Program-made: the position numbers and the translations under genes
Notes under the pieces: generated by a model
Seen by the model: only the letters and a program-made list of their open reading frames with translations
What the model was told of the DNA's origin: nothing
The model's database searches: none
Assembly: GCA_050178035.1 (NCBI GenBank)
Contig: JBFXGK010000019.1
Span: 54-64,053 of the forward strand
Source: Kiritimatiellia bacterium
GTDB lineage: Bacteria > Verrucomicrobiota > Kiritimatiellia > JAKQHR01
Direction of reading: 5' to 3'
Length of the DNA: 64,000 bases
Part shown: positions 8,730-18,515 of the stretch, piece after piece
Numbering within the stretch: position 1 is the first letter of the stretch
Layout: every line of letters starts with the position of its first letter

Positions 8730-9673
8730 GTTTCCCGCGCCTTGTTAAGATCCTTGTCAAGGAGATTGCCCAGCCCGACCATCAGCAGGATCGCCACAGC
8801 AAAAACAATGTATCCGGAATAGTCATGATAAAGACCCGTGGCAACATCCTCGCCAAACGCCTCGGCCACCAGCGCCAGGGCCGTGATGCGCACTATGTTG
8901 CCCGCGATGGCGAGCGGCACGGCGCAAATGAAAAGAATCCATTTCTTGAGCAGTGTCTTCTGGGTGAACCAGGCATACACCGCCGTCAGCGCTGTCATGG
9001 CCAGCAGGGACCGCAAACCGCTGCAGGGATCGGCGACGTCAAGCTTGAAACCCTGCGCCGTTTCGGAATAGATGCCCGAGCCCACACGCTTGACCGCGAC
9101 ACCCAGCCCGTTGATCAGCAGCACCGATATCTTTGTGGCCGTGATCCGCAGCGGGAACGTGAGGCTGTCCAGAAAGTTCAGGGGGATGCAGAAGATCAGG
9201 TACGAACAGGGGAAGATGATTTCTTTGGCCACCCGCCATCCCCAAAAATATAAGGGGATCCCCCATATCAGCAGAATGAGAGCAACCAGCGAAATGCGCG
9301 GATGGGTCACACGCGCCCCCAGCCAGTGAAACAAGAGCGCACAGATAATCAAGACTAGCCCGGCGCGGCATAATTTGCGTTCCGGGAATGCAGCCATGAG
9401 CGCTTCCCGCTGTCTCCAAAGCAGATACAGGCTGGCGGGAACAATGATCCAGCCATGAGAGAAGTTGCTGTACGGGCTGTTCCAGCGGTGAATAAGCCAT
9501 ATAAAAGCCGACCGGCCGGTGGCGGCGATGTTTTCCGTATTGCCCTGATAATGATACATGATGAAGATCAGGCCGAATATGATCGAAGTCAGCCCGATCC
9601 GGATGAAATCATCCGCCGACAGTGCCGCCAGATTCCAGCGCTCGCTCCAGATTTTTTCGTCAATTTTTTTCAT
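8684..9673 (-). CDS. Exosortase (XrtA/EpsH-like polytopic transpeptidase)
   Basis: Eight or more TM segments. Invariant exosortase motifs VADPCSGLRSL (catalytic Cys) and AGNIVRITAL (NxxR). Confidence 0.8.
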   Translation of the reverse strand: MKKIDEKIWSERWNLAALSADDFIRIGLTSIIFGLIFIMYHYQGNTENIAATGRSAFIWLIHRWNSPYSNFSHGWIIVPASLYLLWRQREALMAAFPERKLCRAGLVLIICALLFHWLGARVTHPRISLVALILLIWGIPLYFWGWRVAKEIIFPCSYLIFCIPLNFLDSLTFPLRITATKISVLLINGLGVAVKRVGSGIYSETAQGFKLDVADPCSGLRSLLAMTALTAVYAWFTQKTLLKKWILFICAVPLAIAGNIVRITALALVAEAFGEDVATGLYHDYSGYIVFAVAILLMVGLGNLLDKDLNKARETWKLGLTGRTSSSSS

Positions 9674-9709
9674 GGGAAAAGTCTACAAACTATACGCCCG
9701 GTCTTGCGG

Positions 9710-10255
9710 TCAAGTCAAATGACCGGCAAGAAATTCGGGCAAATATTTCATCCCGTCGAGGCGAAAATTCGCGGCGGTTTCAGTGCCGGAGGGGGCGATA
9801 CGCACCGTCCGGCAGCCCGCGGCAAGACCGGCGCGGACATCACTCTCATGATCCCCCACCATCCAGGAGCCGGGCAGGTCTAAATTGTGCCGGCGGGCCG
9901 CATCAAGCAACATGCCAGGAAGCGGCTTGCGACAATCGCACTCGTGATCGCCGTGCGGGCACACCATGATGTCCAGCAGCTCCAGGCCTGCCGCACTGAC
10001 CGCACTGCGCAAATGTTCATGAATGCGGTTGAGTTCATCCCATGTAATCAGGCCCCGTTCAATGCACCGCTGGTTGGTGACAATCACCGCGGCATAATCC
10101 CTTTGATTCACCACTCGCAGAGACTCCATGAACTCCGGCATAATGAAGAAGCGTTCCAGAGAGAGCACATAATATTCCTCGGGCGGCGGCGCGATATTCA
10201 CCACACCGTCCCGGTCAAAAAAAACGCACTTCCGCTTTTCAGTTTGCGTTTTCAT
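9710..10255 (-). CDS. gmhB: D-glycero-D-manno-heptose 1,7-bisphosphate phosphatase
   Basis: HAD motif I FDRDGVVN. GmhB zinc loop CPHGDHECDCRKPLPGML, close to E. coli CDCRKPHPGML. Confidence 0.85.
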   Translation of the reverse strand: MKTQTEKRKCVFFDRDGVVNIAPPPEEYYVLSLERFFIMPEFMESLRVVNQRDYAAVIVTNQRCIERGLITWDELNRIHEHLRSAVSAAGLELLDIMVCPHGDHECDCRKPLPGMLLDAARRHNLDLPGSWMVGDHESDVRAGLAAGCRTVRIAPSGTETAANFRLDGMKYLPEFLAGHLT

Positions 10256-12605
10256 CGCCTGTTAAATTTATCTCTTTTTCTGACCATGCAAACCCGTCAT
10301 CCGCTCGAAGAATCAGGCGGGTTGCCCCCATTTTGCGCACCTGATCCGCCGAAAACTCCGCCCCGCCATCCTGAATGCAAACCATCGGGTTTCTGAATTT
10401 CAGCGGTTTGCGCTGGACCAGGAAACCGAACTGTCCACTCCAGCCGGGTTTCTGCATTGCAGTGACGCACACCCGCTCGCCATTGACACGGCCTTCCACG
10501 GTTCCATCCCGCAGGCGGCGGACGGACAAGCCAATCCAGGTGTTTAGAGGGATATAGGCCCCGAACGATTCCAGCGGCATCATCTTTCCATCGCGGCAGA
10601 CGCCCGTGGTCCACGCGCTGGTATCGCCCGCCGCGCCAAACCATGCAAAGTTCGCTGAATCCTGAACATCGAAGAGCAGGAACGCGCCGTGCAGCATACT
10701 GTTCGCGCGTCCCGGAGGAATCATGATCTCGGCAGAAAACTCGCATGCGCCATCTACGCGATCACCAGAGAGGCTAACGCCATGAGGCTGGTCGGCGTCC
10801 GGCGTGAAGACCCCCTCCCGCCCCGCACCATCAATGTCGCCACAGTCCTCCAGTTTGAGTGGACGGAACCAGCGATATTGAATGTCATCGCCATCGGGAT
10901 CGTTTGCCGATACATGAACATTTCCGGAGTCCATGTTTGCAAGACTGGATATTGCCGGAGGAAGATTCATCCGGGCAATCTCAAAAGCAACAGGCTCAGA
11001 GCGCACTTCCATGCCGTCGTCATAAACCGCGTACGCCTGACAACGAACCGGTCCCGCGCCAAGAATCATCGGGTTGAAACGCCCGGCCTCAATCGGAATG
11101 CGAAATTCTCCATTCACAAGGCCGGTTTCTTTCGGTTCGCCGGCCGCGGCTATCGAAATTTCAACTGCATGAAACAAATCCACCTTCTGGCCCGCAGATA
11201 TCCCCTTGAGATTCACTGAACGGTTCCTGTTGTTCACAATAAAGCTTCTTTCATCAAAAGCCTGAACCGCAACGGGGCCCGGTTTGCGAACAACCGCGCG
11301 CAGTTCATGGTAACCGTCGGGCAGCTTTGATGAATCAAAAGACAGCATGGGCTCAGATCCGAAATCGGCCCGAAATACCCCATCCAGAAAATACTGAATT
11401 CTCGGCGGGAAGCGGGAGTTCTGGATTCCCGCATCTGTATAGAAAGTCACTTTCCCCTTCAGCGGGCCCTCCGGATCCATGCCGGCAAGCGTAACCGGAA
11501 AGATCTCCGCCCAGGGGGCCGCCAGCGGCTCGCCCACCATCAGCAGCTGGAGCGGACACTGCACAGCCAGATAATAGCTCTCGATGATGCTGCATCCGCT
11601 CATGTAGTGAGCAAAAAAGAACGGACTGGCGAACTTAGATCCAATGGCAAAAGGTTCAGCCACGGTCCCGGAAGAAGCTGTTGCTCCGGCGCGAAGCCAG
11701 ACCGACAGCTTGGTCTGGTGCTGTTCAATAAAATTTGCGGCATGACTGGTAAGATGTTCCGCTACCGAGCCCGGCATCAAGGATCCCGGAGTTGGGACAA
11801 TTTCATGGATGCCGTCAAACAGCCCCATCAGACCCTTTTGGCCGTCCGGATACTTGTCACGGATTTCCGCCCGGCCCTTCACCGATGCAAGAGCACCAAC
11901 AGCGGGCGAGTACTGCCAGTCCCGGCATTTCGAACGGATGTCGTCACGCTTAACGAATATCACAGGCTCCCGCGGACGGGTACCGTCAGCGGCTGCTCCG
12001 CGACGAAGAACATCCAGGGACTCATCAACGCTCAGTCCGCGGGCGCCTGTATAGGCCAGCATCATGGATGGCAGGGGCATCCTGTCGCCCAGTTTGAAAT
12101 TGAAGCTGTCAAACGACTCGGCCAGTTTCACCCGGTCCTGAGGAGTTTTGGGGCCACAAAAAAGCGGGGAAGTATATTTCCCTTGCGCAACGAGCTGATC
12201 GTCCGGCAGCTCATTCCTCATAAAGGTCATCCCGGTCAGCGAAACAGGTGAGCCCGTCGCACGAGTGATGCGAACCGGAAAGTCAGCAGAATAGATCCAG
12301 GCCAGAACATGATCCCCAATGCCGCGCCGCAGAATCTCCTCGTTTGCGGGAGCCCAAATGTGCTGCAGAAACTCCGCCTCGTTCATTTCCGCCTCGGACT
12401 TCAGCACGGATGCCGGCAGCGGCAGTCTGATGACATTGTGATGCGGGATGCGCCTCAAATGCGCATAATGGTTTGCCACCTCAAGAGAACGCGGCGAATT
12501 TTCGTTTACAAGGATGACAACTTCATGCGGCGCCAGGGCAGCACCAAGCGTTGTGCAGGAAAAGACGAGTAGACACGCCAGACGAGATATTGAAGAACGG
12601 ATCAA
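10239..12605 (-). CDS. Large secreted hypothetical protein (788 aa) adjacent to exosortase
   Basis: Signal peptide, then a long soluble region with SGCS and Cys-containing segments. No PEP-CTERM tail. Family not recognised. Confidence 0.55.
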   Translation of the reverse strand: MIRSSISRLACLLVFSCTTLGAALAPHEVVILVNENSPRSLEVANHYAHLRRIPHHNVIRLPLPASVLKSEAEMNEAEFLQHIWAPANEEILRRGIGDHVLAWIYSADFPVRITRATGSPVSLTGMTFMRNELPDDQLVAQGKYTSPLFCGPKTPQDRVKLAESFDSFNFKLGDRMPLPSMMLAYTGARGLSVDESLDVLRRGAAADGTRPREPVIFVKRDDIRSKCRDWQYSPAVGALASVKGRAEIRDKYPDGQKGLMGLFDGIHEIVPTPGSLMPGSVAEHLTSHAANFIEQHQTKLSVWLRAGATASSGTVAEPFAIGSKFASPFFFAHYMSGCSIIESYYLAVQCPLQLLMVGEPLAAPWAEIFPVTLAGMDPEGPLKGKVTFYTDAGIQNSRFPPRIQYFLDGVFRADFGSEPMLSFDSSKLPDGYHELRAVVRKPGPVAVQAFDERSFIVNNRNRSVNLKGISAGQKVDLFHAVEISIAAAGEPKETGLVNGEFRIPIEAGRFNPMILGAGPVRCQAYAVYDDGMEVRSEPVAFEIARMNLPPAISSLANMDSGNVHVSANDPDGDDIQYRWFRPLKLEDCGDIDGAGREGVFTPDADQPHGVSLSGDRVDGACEFSAEIMIPPGRANSMLHGAFLLFDVQDSANFAWFGAAGDTSAWTTGVCRDGKMMPLESFGAYIPLNTWIGLSVRRLRDGTVEGRVNGERVCVTAMQKPGWSGQFGFLVQRKPLKFRNPMVCIQDGGAEFSADQVRKMGATRLILRADDGFAWSEKEINLTGDENAN

Positions 12606-14020
12606 TAGGCCCCTTCTTTAGTCAAAAGCGCCCGGAAGGTCCGGAAAAGGATCACGGTATCCAGCCAAATGGACCAGTTGCGGACGTAATAGGTGTCCCA
12701 TCGCTCCATGCCTTCCGTGCCAGCCTCGCTTCGTCCGGAAACCTGCCACAGGCCGGTAATGCCCGGCAGCACGCTTTCGCGCAGCGCACAAACGCTTTTA
12801 GGGAGCTGCTGATGATGGTATTTGGGCAGAGGCCGCGGCCCGACCAGCGACATCTCCCCGCGAAGAACATTCACCAGCTGAGGAAGTTCATCCAGAGAAC
12901 TGCGGCGCAAAAATTTCCCGATCGGCGTGATGCGCGGATCGTTTTTCAGCTTGTAGTGGCTGTTCCACTCCTCGCGCAATTCGGGCTTTTCCGCCATTTC
13001 CTTTTCAAGAACTTCCTCTGCATTGGGCACCATGGTCCTGAATTTCCATGTTTTGAAAAGCTTCCCGTGCCGGCCAACGCGCTCCTGCCGGAACAGCGGG
13101 CTTGCGCCCGTCTGAAGCCGGATGAGCAGAGCCAGCAGGAGACACACAGGAATCCATACCGGCGACAACAGCAGCACCGCCACCAATTCCATCGTCTGCT
13201 TTGAAATTCGCGCAATGGGATTCAACAGATTGCGCTCAACCTCAAGCCCCAGCACACCCAGAAAATCGCGCGCGCTTACCCATAATGACGGAATATCAAA
13301 CAGATCCGGAATGATGATTACACGGCGGTAGTGCGAAAGCGGTCCTTCCAAAAGCATCATCAGGCGCTCTCTCGCAATACTGGGCGCCCCCAGCACAGCA
13401 AAGCTTGCATCGTGTGTTGAATCTTCCAATCCTCCGAGCACGGGGATACCCCGAACGCTGTCACCCGTCTTCAAATCATCATCAAAAACGCCGATCGGGA
13501 TATAGCCGAGGCCGGCCTCCTTGGTAATCACATCCAGCACATGCGAGACGGTCCTGTCGTTTCCGTAAATCGCCGTGGGCACACCCCAGCAATTGCGCTT
13601 GAGCAGGATTCTCTTAACCAGTGTGCGGGTAAACGGAATCAGCGGGACGCTGATTAGATACATCAGCGCGAATTTAATACGGCTGGTCACATCTGCCGTT
13701 TTGGTCAGGAACATGGCGGCAGCCGCCATGCCGAAAATCACCAGAAGCAGCGTCTGAATTCTGCGCAGCTCTTCGATGGGCCCGATCCCCCATGGCGGGG
13801 TGATCTTGAAAATCACCGCGCCCAGCATCCACATCGGAATCAGATACAGCGCCCGGGAGGGGGGAATATGGCTTTCGCGTAGAATATACCGCAGCAGACC
13901 CGCCAGCAGAATAGCCGCCAGCAACGCCAACGCGTCGCCCAGCAGAATGGCGCCCATATTCAAAAACATCCGGCGGTAATAGGAGAACCCGCCGCCCAAA
14001 GAACTGTCATTCAATTCCAT
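12602..14020 (-). CDS. EPS polyprenyl glycosylphosphotransferase (WbaP/bacterial sugar transferase family)
   Basis: C-terminal catalytic domain KRPLFRQERVG.HG..F...KFRTM and DELPQL..VL.G.MSLVGPRP. N-terminal TM domain. Start set to MELNDSS (14020) to avoid a 52-nt overlap. Alternative start at 14149. Confidence 0.8.
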   Translation of the reverse strand: MELNDSSLGGGFSYYRRMFLNMGAILLGDALALLAAILLAGLLRYILRESHIPPSRALYLIPMWMLGAVIFKITPPWGIGPIEELRRIQTLLLVIFGMAAAAMFLTKTADVTSRIKFALMYLISVPLIPFTRTLVKRILLKRNCWGVPTAIYGNDRTVSHVLDVITKEAGLGYIPIGVFDDDLKTGDSVRGIPVLGGLEDSTHDASFAVLGAPSIARERLMMLLEGPLSHYRRVIIIPDLFDIPSLWVSARDFLGVLGLEVERNLLNPIARISKQTMELVAVLLLSPVWIPVCLLLALLIRLQTGASPLFRQERVGRHGKLFKTWKFRTMVPNAEEVLEKEMAEKPELREEWNSHYKLKNDPRITPIGKFLRRSSLDELPQLVNVLRGEMSLVGPRPLPKYHHQQLPKSVCALRESVLPGITGLWQVSGRSEAGTEGMERWDTYYVRNWSIWLDTVILFRTFRALLTKEGAY

Positions 14021-14097
14021 GGCCGGTAGAATAAACAACCGCCCCGCGGCGCGCAAGCTTGGGTTCGCGCGCCGCGGGGCGGTTGTCGGCAGAAAAA

Positions 14098-15300
14098 CTA
14101 AATCAGCTGGCTGTAAAAATTGAGCAAACGCGGAGCCTGATGCCTCCATTCCAGTTCGTTAACCATCCTGCGACGGCCGGTTTCGCCCATTTCTTTACGT
14201 CGTGCTTCATCGGTCAGCAGCTCCAATATTTTGGCGGCCAGGTCCTCAACATCATTGGGACGGGCGTAAAGAGATGCGTCGCCGGCGGACCGCCGACCCT
14301 CCAGTAGATCATACTGAACAATCGGGCGGCCCAGCGCCATGTACTCAAGAATTTTGTTCATGGTGGATTTGTCGTTGAGCGGGTTCAGCGGATCGCAATC
14401 CACGCACACATCGCAGCTTGAAAGTCGCGCAATCATCTCCTCGTCAGGAACCCGGCCCGTGAATTCCGTCTGCGATTCAATGCCCAGGCCGGCGGCCAGT
14501 TGCTTCAGATCCTCAAGGCACGATCCGCCACCAATAAAACAGAAATGAATGTCGTCCCGTCCCCTGTCTTTGATCAAATAGCCGGCAGCGCGCACCAGAT
14601 GGTCCACCCCGTCAAACTCGCCCATGACACCCATATAACCCACCAGCCACTTGCGGCCATTTTTATATCGCTCGTCTGGGGCAATGGGATTGAAGCGCGA
14701 GAGGTCCGGCCCGCTCCTCACCACCTGGACATTTTCGGGCTTTTTGCGCCCGCGATCAATGGCCACCTGTTTATACGATTCGTTGGTGGAAATCACCCGG
14801 TCAGCCAGCGCGAAGGTTAAACGCTCCGCCAGCCGCATCATTTGGTAAAAAAAACCGCGTTTATTGAATTTCGATTCGTACAGCTCAGGCGTCAGATCAT
14901 GGTGGTCGAAAACAAATTTAGTTCGATGAAACAGTTTGAACCACAGCACCACCAGAAATATCAGATCCGGCGGATTGCACGCATGTATGACGTCAAAACC
15001 AAAATCCCTCCGCACCTTACGCGCGAGGCGCCATTCGGCCCACAGCGCGCTGCTGTATTCGCGCAGATAGCCAAGCGCTGAACTTTTTTCCGGTGGAAGC
15101 CGGTGACGGTAAATATGTATGCCGTCCAAATCCTCGCGCAGGCTTTCGCAGCCCTTGCCAGTCGGACAGATCACGCAAACCTGATAGCCGGCCCTTGCCA
15201 GCGTGGTAGACTCCATCCAGACGCGCCGGTCAAAGGGCACGGGAAGGTTCTCTACAATAATCAGAATGCGGCCGGGTGGTCTACCAGGAGATACCGTCAT
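14098..15300 (-). CDS. Glycosyltransferase family 4 (GT-B, group 1)
   Basis: GT4 C-terminal E..ALGRPIV-type motif and Rossmann-like halves. Confidence 0.8.
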   Translation of the reverse strand: MTVSPGRPPGRILIIVENLPVPFDRRVWMESTTLARAGYQVCVICPTGKGCESLREDLDGIHIYRHRLPPEKSSALGYLREYSSALWAEWRLARKVRRDFGFDVIHACNPPDLIFLVVLWFKLFHRTKFVFDHHDLTPELYESKFNKRGFFYQMMRLAERLTFALADRVISTNESYKQVAIDRGRKKPENVQVVRSGPDLSRFNPIAPDERYKNGRKWLVGYMGVMGEFDGVDHLVRAAGYLIKDRGRDDIHFCFIGGGSCLEDLKQLAAGLGIESQTEFTGRVPDEEMIARLSSCDVCVDCDPLNPLNDKSTMNKILEYMALGRPIVQYDLLEGRRSAGDASLYARPNDVEDLAAKILELLTDEARRKEMGETGRRRMVNELEWRHQAPRLLNFYSQLI

Positions 15301-16579
15301 AATTCAAATCATCGGGTTTGGTTTTGAAAAGTCCCACCAGATCCAGAACTTTCGCGGATTTTGGAGCGGAGGCGACTACATTTCTAAATTCGGCCGTATC
15401 ATTGCAGATCACCAAAAGTTCCGCATGTTTTAGAATTGTCTCCCAATCCGCGAGCAGGACCGACAAATGCGGGATTTTCTCCTCAATATAACTGCGGTTT
15501 GCGCCGATCAGCTTTGCCTCCTGAACATAACGGTCCATGATTTTCAGCTCATACCCCTTGCCGATTAAGCGTTCGGCCAGTTCGACCGCCGGACTTTCGC
15601 GCAGATCATCGGTTCCCGCCTTGAATGCCAGGCCGAGCATGCCGATCCTGCGGCAGCCGGTTTTCGCGATCCTGTCCATGGTTATGGCCAATTGCTGGCG
15701 GTTCGACTCGTCCAATGATCCCAGCATCGGCAAACTGATGCTGTTTTTCCCGGCAAAGTAATTGATGGCGCGCAAATCCTTTGGCAGGCAGGATCCTCCA
15801 TAAGCAAAGCCCGGGCGCATATAAACCTGCGACACGTTGAGCTTTGTGTCCTGCGTGATGATATCCATCACTTTGCGCGCGTCCACGTTCACAGCCTTGG
15901 CCACGCGGCCGATTTCGTTTGCAAAGGTGATTTTTGCGGCATGCCACGCATTGGCTGTGTACTTGATCATTTCCGCAACGGCCACATCCGTCACAATGAG
16001 GGGCGCATTCACCGATGCATACACCTGCCGCAACACTTCTTCGGCATCCGCATCGTCGGTCCCCACCACGGTGTAGGGTGGATAATCATAATCACGGATT
16101 GCAGTGCCCTCACGCAGAAATTCCGGATTGAAGGCCACATGCACCTTTTGTTTTCCGGCGGCTTTACGCAGGCGCTCCGCACATTTCGCCGTGGTGCCCG
16201 GCAGTATCGTGCTGCGAATAATCACGGTGTGCATCTTCTTTTTTGCCGCAACCGCTTTGCCGATCTGATCGCAGACCGCCATGACATAGCTGTCGTCCAG
16301 CGAACCGTCCGCGCGGCTGGGGGTGCCGACACATACCAGCGAAACATCGGTCCGGGCCACGGCTTCATCAGCGGATACCGTGGCGGTGAGCCGGCCGCTT
16401 TTCACCGCCTCCGCCAAAAGCTCCGAAAGCCCCAGCTCAATGATCGGTGACTGCCCGCGGGCAACCATATCCACCTTTTCGCGATTCACATCCACGCCGA
16501 TGACCTGAAGGCCATCGCGCGCCATGCAGGCGGAGGTTACCACGCCCACATAACCCATGCCAAAAACGCTAATTCTCAT
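15281..16579 (-). CDS. Nucleotide-sugar dehydrogenase (UDP-ManNAc/UDP-Glc 6-dehydrogenase family)
   Basis: N-terminal GxGYVG NAD fold (ISVFGMGYVGVV). Catalytic-Cys region GGSCLPKD. C-terminal GLAFKAGTDDLRESPA. Confidence 0.85.
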   Translation of the reverse strand: MRISVFGMGYVGVVTSACMARDGLQVIGVDVNREKVDMVARGQSPIIELGLSELLAEAVKSGRLTATVSADEAVARTDVSLVCVGTPSRADGSLDDSYVMAVCDQIGKAVAAKKKMHTVIIRSTILPGTTAKCAERLRKAAGKQKVHVAFNPEFLREGTAIRDYDYPPYTVVGTDDADAEEVLRQVYASVNAPLIVTDVAVAEMIKYTANAWHAAKITFANEIGRVAKAVNVDARKVMDIITQDTKLNVSQVYMRPGFAYGGSCLPKDLRAINYFAGKNSISLPMLGSLDESNRQQLAITMDRIAKTGCRRIGMLGLAFKAGTDDLRESPAVELAERLIGKGYELKIMDRYVQEAKLIGANRSYIEEKIPHLSVLLADWETILKHAELLVICNDTAEFRNVVASAPKSAKVLDLVGLFKTKPDDLNYDGISW

Positions 16580-18515
16580 TCAGCACCTCAATTTCCGTTT
16601 CAAAAGCCGCCGGCAGACTGATTTCGGCCGCCGCCGCGAGGGTACATGCCGGTTCTTTTCTCATGAAGCCGGCAGAGTACCAGCCCCCGTCATTCTCCGC
16701 ATGCAAAATCTTCGCATCCATTCCCGCCGGAAGGCTGATGCGCAATCTGCGCCCCTGCCGCATTACTGTAACGGTAGATGACTCAGATATTTCCACGGCA
16801 CATCCCGGATGAAAATGAAGCCGCAGCTCTGCACGATGCCGTCCGGCACCCGTCAGCGAATCCCGAATCAGCAGGCGGTTCTCCATGAGTTCAATCCTGC
16901 GCTCATGTGTTGTCCCGAAATATTTGTATCCGTCATGCGAAGCGCACAGCACACCCCCGGAGGCAGCGGGCCTCCATTCTGATACCCGTGTCCTCGCGGG
17001 CCGACGCCACATCATGGGGCCGGTCTGTTCCGACTGATCCCGCCCATCCAGTGAAACCGTGTTATGCGCCAGCGTACCGCGGAAATATTTCCGCCATGAT
17101 GAATCTGTATAGTAGGTGAAAGTTCCCGGATCCACGATAAACTCCAGGCCGCCCGCCGAAAGCGTGAAGGACAGCGCATCGGCGTGTCCGTGAGCCGCGA
17201 TGCTCAGGTATCCGAGCGGCCCCGCGTCGGCCAGTACAAACACCTCTTTTTCTGTGCCGCGACGGGAGACCAGTTCATAGATTCCGGCATCTTCATAAGC
17301 ATGCGATCCGGCGGGCCGCGCCACCTCGCGGGCGGGTTTTGATTCGATTGCCAGGCACTGACTGATCAGTTCGGCCGTCATGGTTTTCTTTTCGGGCAGG
17401 CGGACACCAAACAGCCGCGCGCCGAGATCAAGAACCCATTTCGCAGACGTTTCCGCGGTCGCGGCCAACTGGAGCGCCTTGCCGTCATCGGAATCGCCAT
17501 AACGCGGCAGATTGCCCCCGGCATCCGCGAGAAGCGGAACCGCTTGCAGCATTTTCAGCAGCACATCCTTTGCAGGTAGAGCGAAATCATTTGCTTCCGC
17601 ATAAGCCAGCAGCCCGAAACCAAGGACAAACAGGTGATAACCGAAAGCCTGTTCGCGATTGAGGCCCGAGCGGAACGTCTGCCGGACCAGCTCTTCTTCA
17701 AGAACGCTCCGACTCAGTTCCTTCCATTTTTCAGATTCCGGCCCCAGCAGGAAATGCCTTGAGGAAATATACAGCCCCGCCATCTCTCCGATCAAATGAT
17801 TGTTGGCGGAAGAACCGGAGCAATAGGTTTCCGCGATGAATTTCTGCTGTTGGTATATGGACCGACGCACCGGAGACTGGCTGCCGAACAATTGGTCATG
17901 CGCATGGGAACCGCGCAAAAGACGTTCGCACCAGACCCAGGATATCAGCCGGATCCCCTGCTCCAGCGGATGCGTCCAGTTGACCCCAATGAACGGCGGA
18001 TTCTGGTCGATCCATGACAGTATCTGCCGCGCGACCTCATCGCTGTAGCGTTCGTCGCCGGAAAGCGCGTAAGTCGCCGACAATACCGACAGATGGTGAT
18101 GCCGATTCTTCTCCCAGATGATCTTGATATCGCCCAGGAACTGCGCATCGCGATGATTGATATCAAAACCGAATATTTGCGGAGCCTGCTTGCCAGACAC
18201 TGGATCGGCATGCCAGTTGATGTTCTCTTCTTTAATATCCAGCCCGAAGAACAGCCAGCGGTGATCTAGATAACGGTCTGCCTCCGCACGCAGAGCGACA
18301 ATCTGCTCGGCCGGGAAATCCCCCAAAGCCATTTTTTGTACAGCGATGAATCCCGTCTCACCCGGCATCCATGAGGCATCGCTTCCGTGCCGCCATTTGC
18401 GTTTTTTGGCGGCCAGGCGAACGCGGGACAGGATTTCGCCGGGACCCATGGCCCTGAGGCGGTGATAATACCAAGATGCAGACATTATTCGCTTAGGATT
18501 TCCAGTAGTCAGCAA
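16569..18515 (-). CDS. Heparinase II/III-like (alginate-lyase-like) family protein
   Basis: Alpha/alpha-toroid then beta-sandwich layout with the conserved H/N/Y pattern. Such proteins are commonly paired with WbpB-like oxidoreductases in glycan loci. Confidence 0.6.
   Translation of the reverse strand: MLTTGNPKRIMSASWYYHRLRAMGPGEILSRVRLAAKKRKWRHGSDASWMPGETGFIAVQKMALGDFPAEQIVALRAEADRYLDHRWLFFGLDIKEENINWHADPVSGKQAPQIFGFDINHRDAQFLGDIKIIWEKNRHHHLSVLSATYALSGDERYSDEVARQILSWIDQNPPFIGVNWTHPLEQGIRLISWVWCERLLRGSHAHDQLFGSQSPVRRSIYQQQKFIAETYCSGSSANNHLIGEMAGLYISSRHFLLGPESEKWKELSRSVLEEELVRQTFRSGLNREQAFGYHLFVLGFGLLAYAEANDFALPAKDVLLKMLQAVPLLADAGGNLPRYGDSDDGKALQLAATAETSAKWVLDLGARLFGVRLPEKKTMTAELISQCLAIESKPAREVARPAGSHAYEDAGIYELVSRRGTEKEVFVLADAGPLGYLSIAAHGHADALSFTLSAGGLEFIVDPGTFTYYTDSSWRKYFRGTLAHNTVSLDGRDQSEQTGPMMWRRPARTRVSEWRPAASGGVLCASHDGYKYFGTTHERRIELMENRLLIRDSLTGAGRHRAELRLHFHPGCAVEISESSTVTVMRQGRRLRISLPAGMDAKILHAENDGGWYSAGFMRKEPACTLAAAAEISLPAAFETEIEVLNEN

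Noticed and set aside
10689-13204. + strand ORFs (10689-11219, 11607-12251, 12551-13204) opposite the 788-aa protein and the phosphotransferase
   Set aside because: The - strand genes are continuous and coding-like. The + strand ORFs are short, R-rich and uncoupled.
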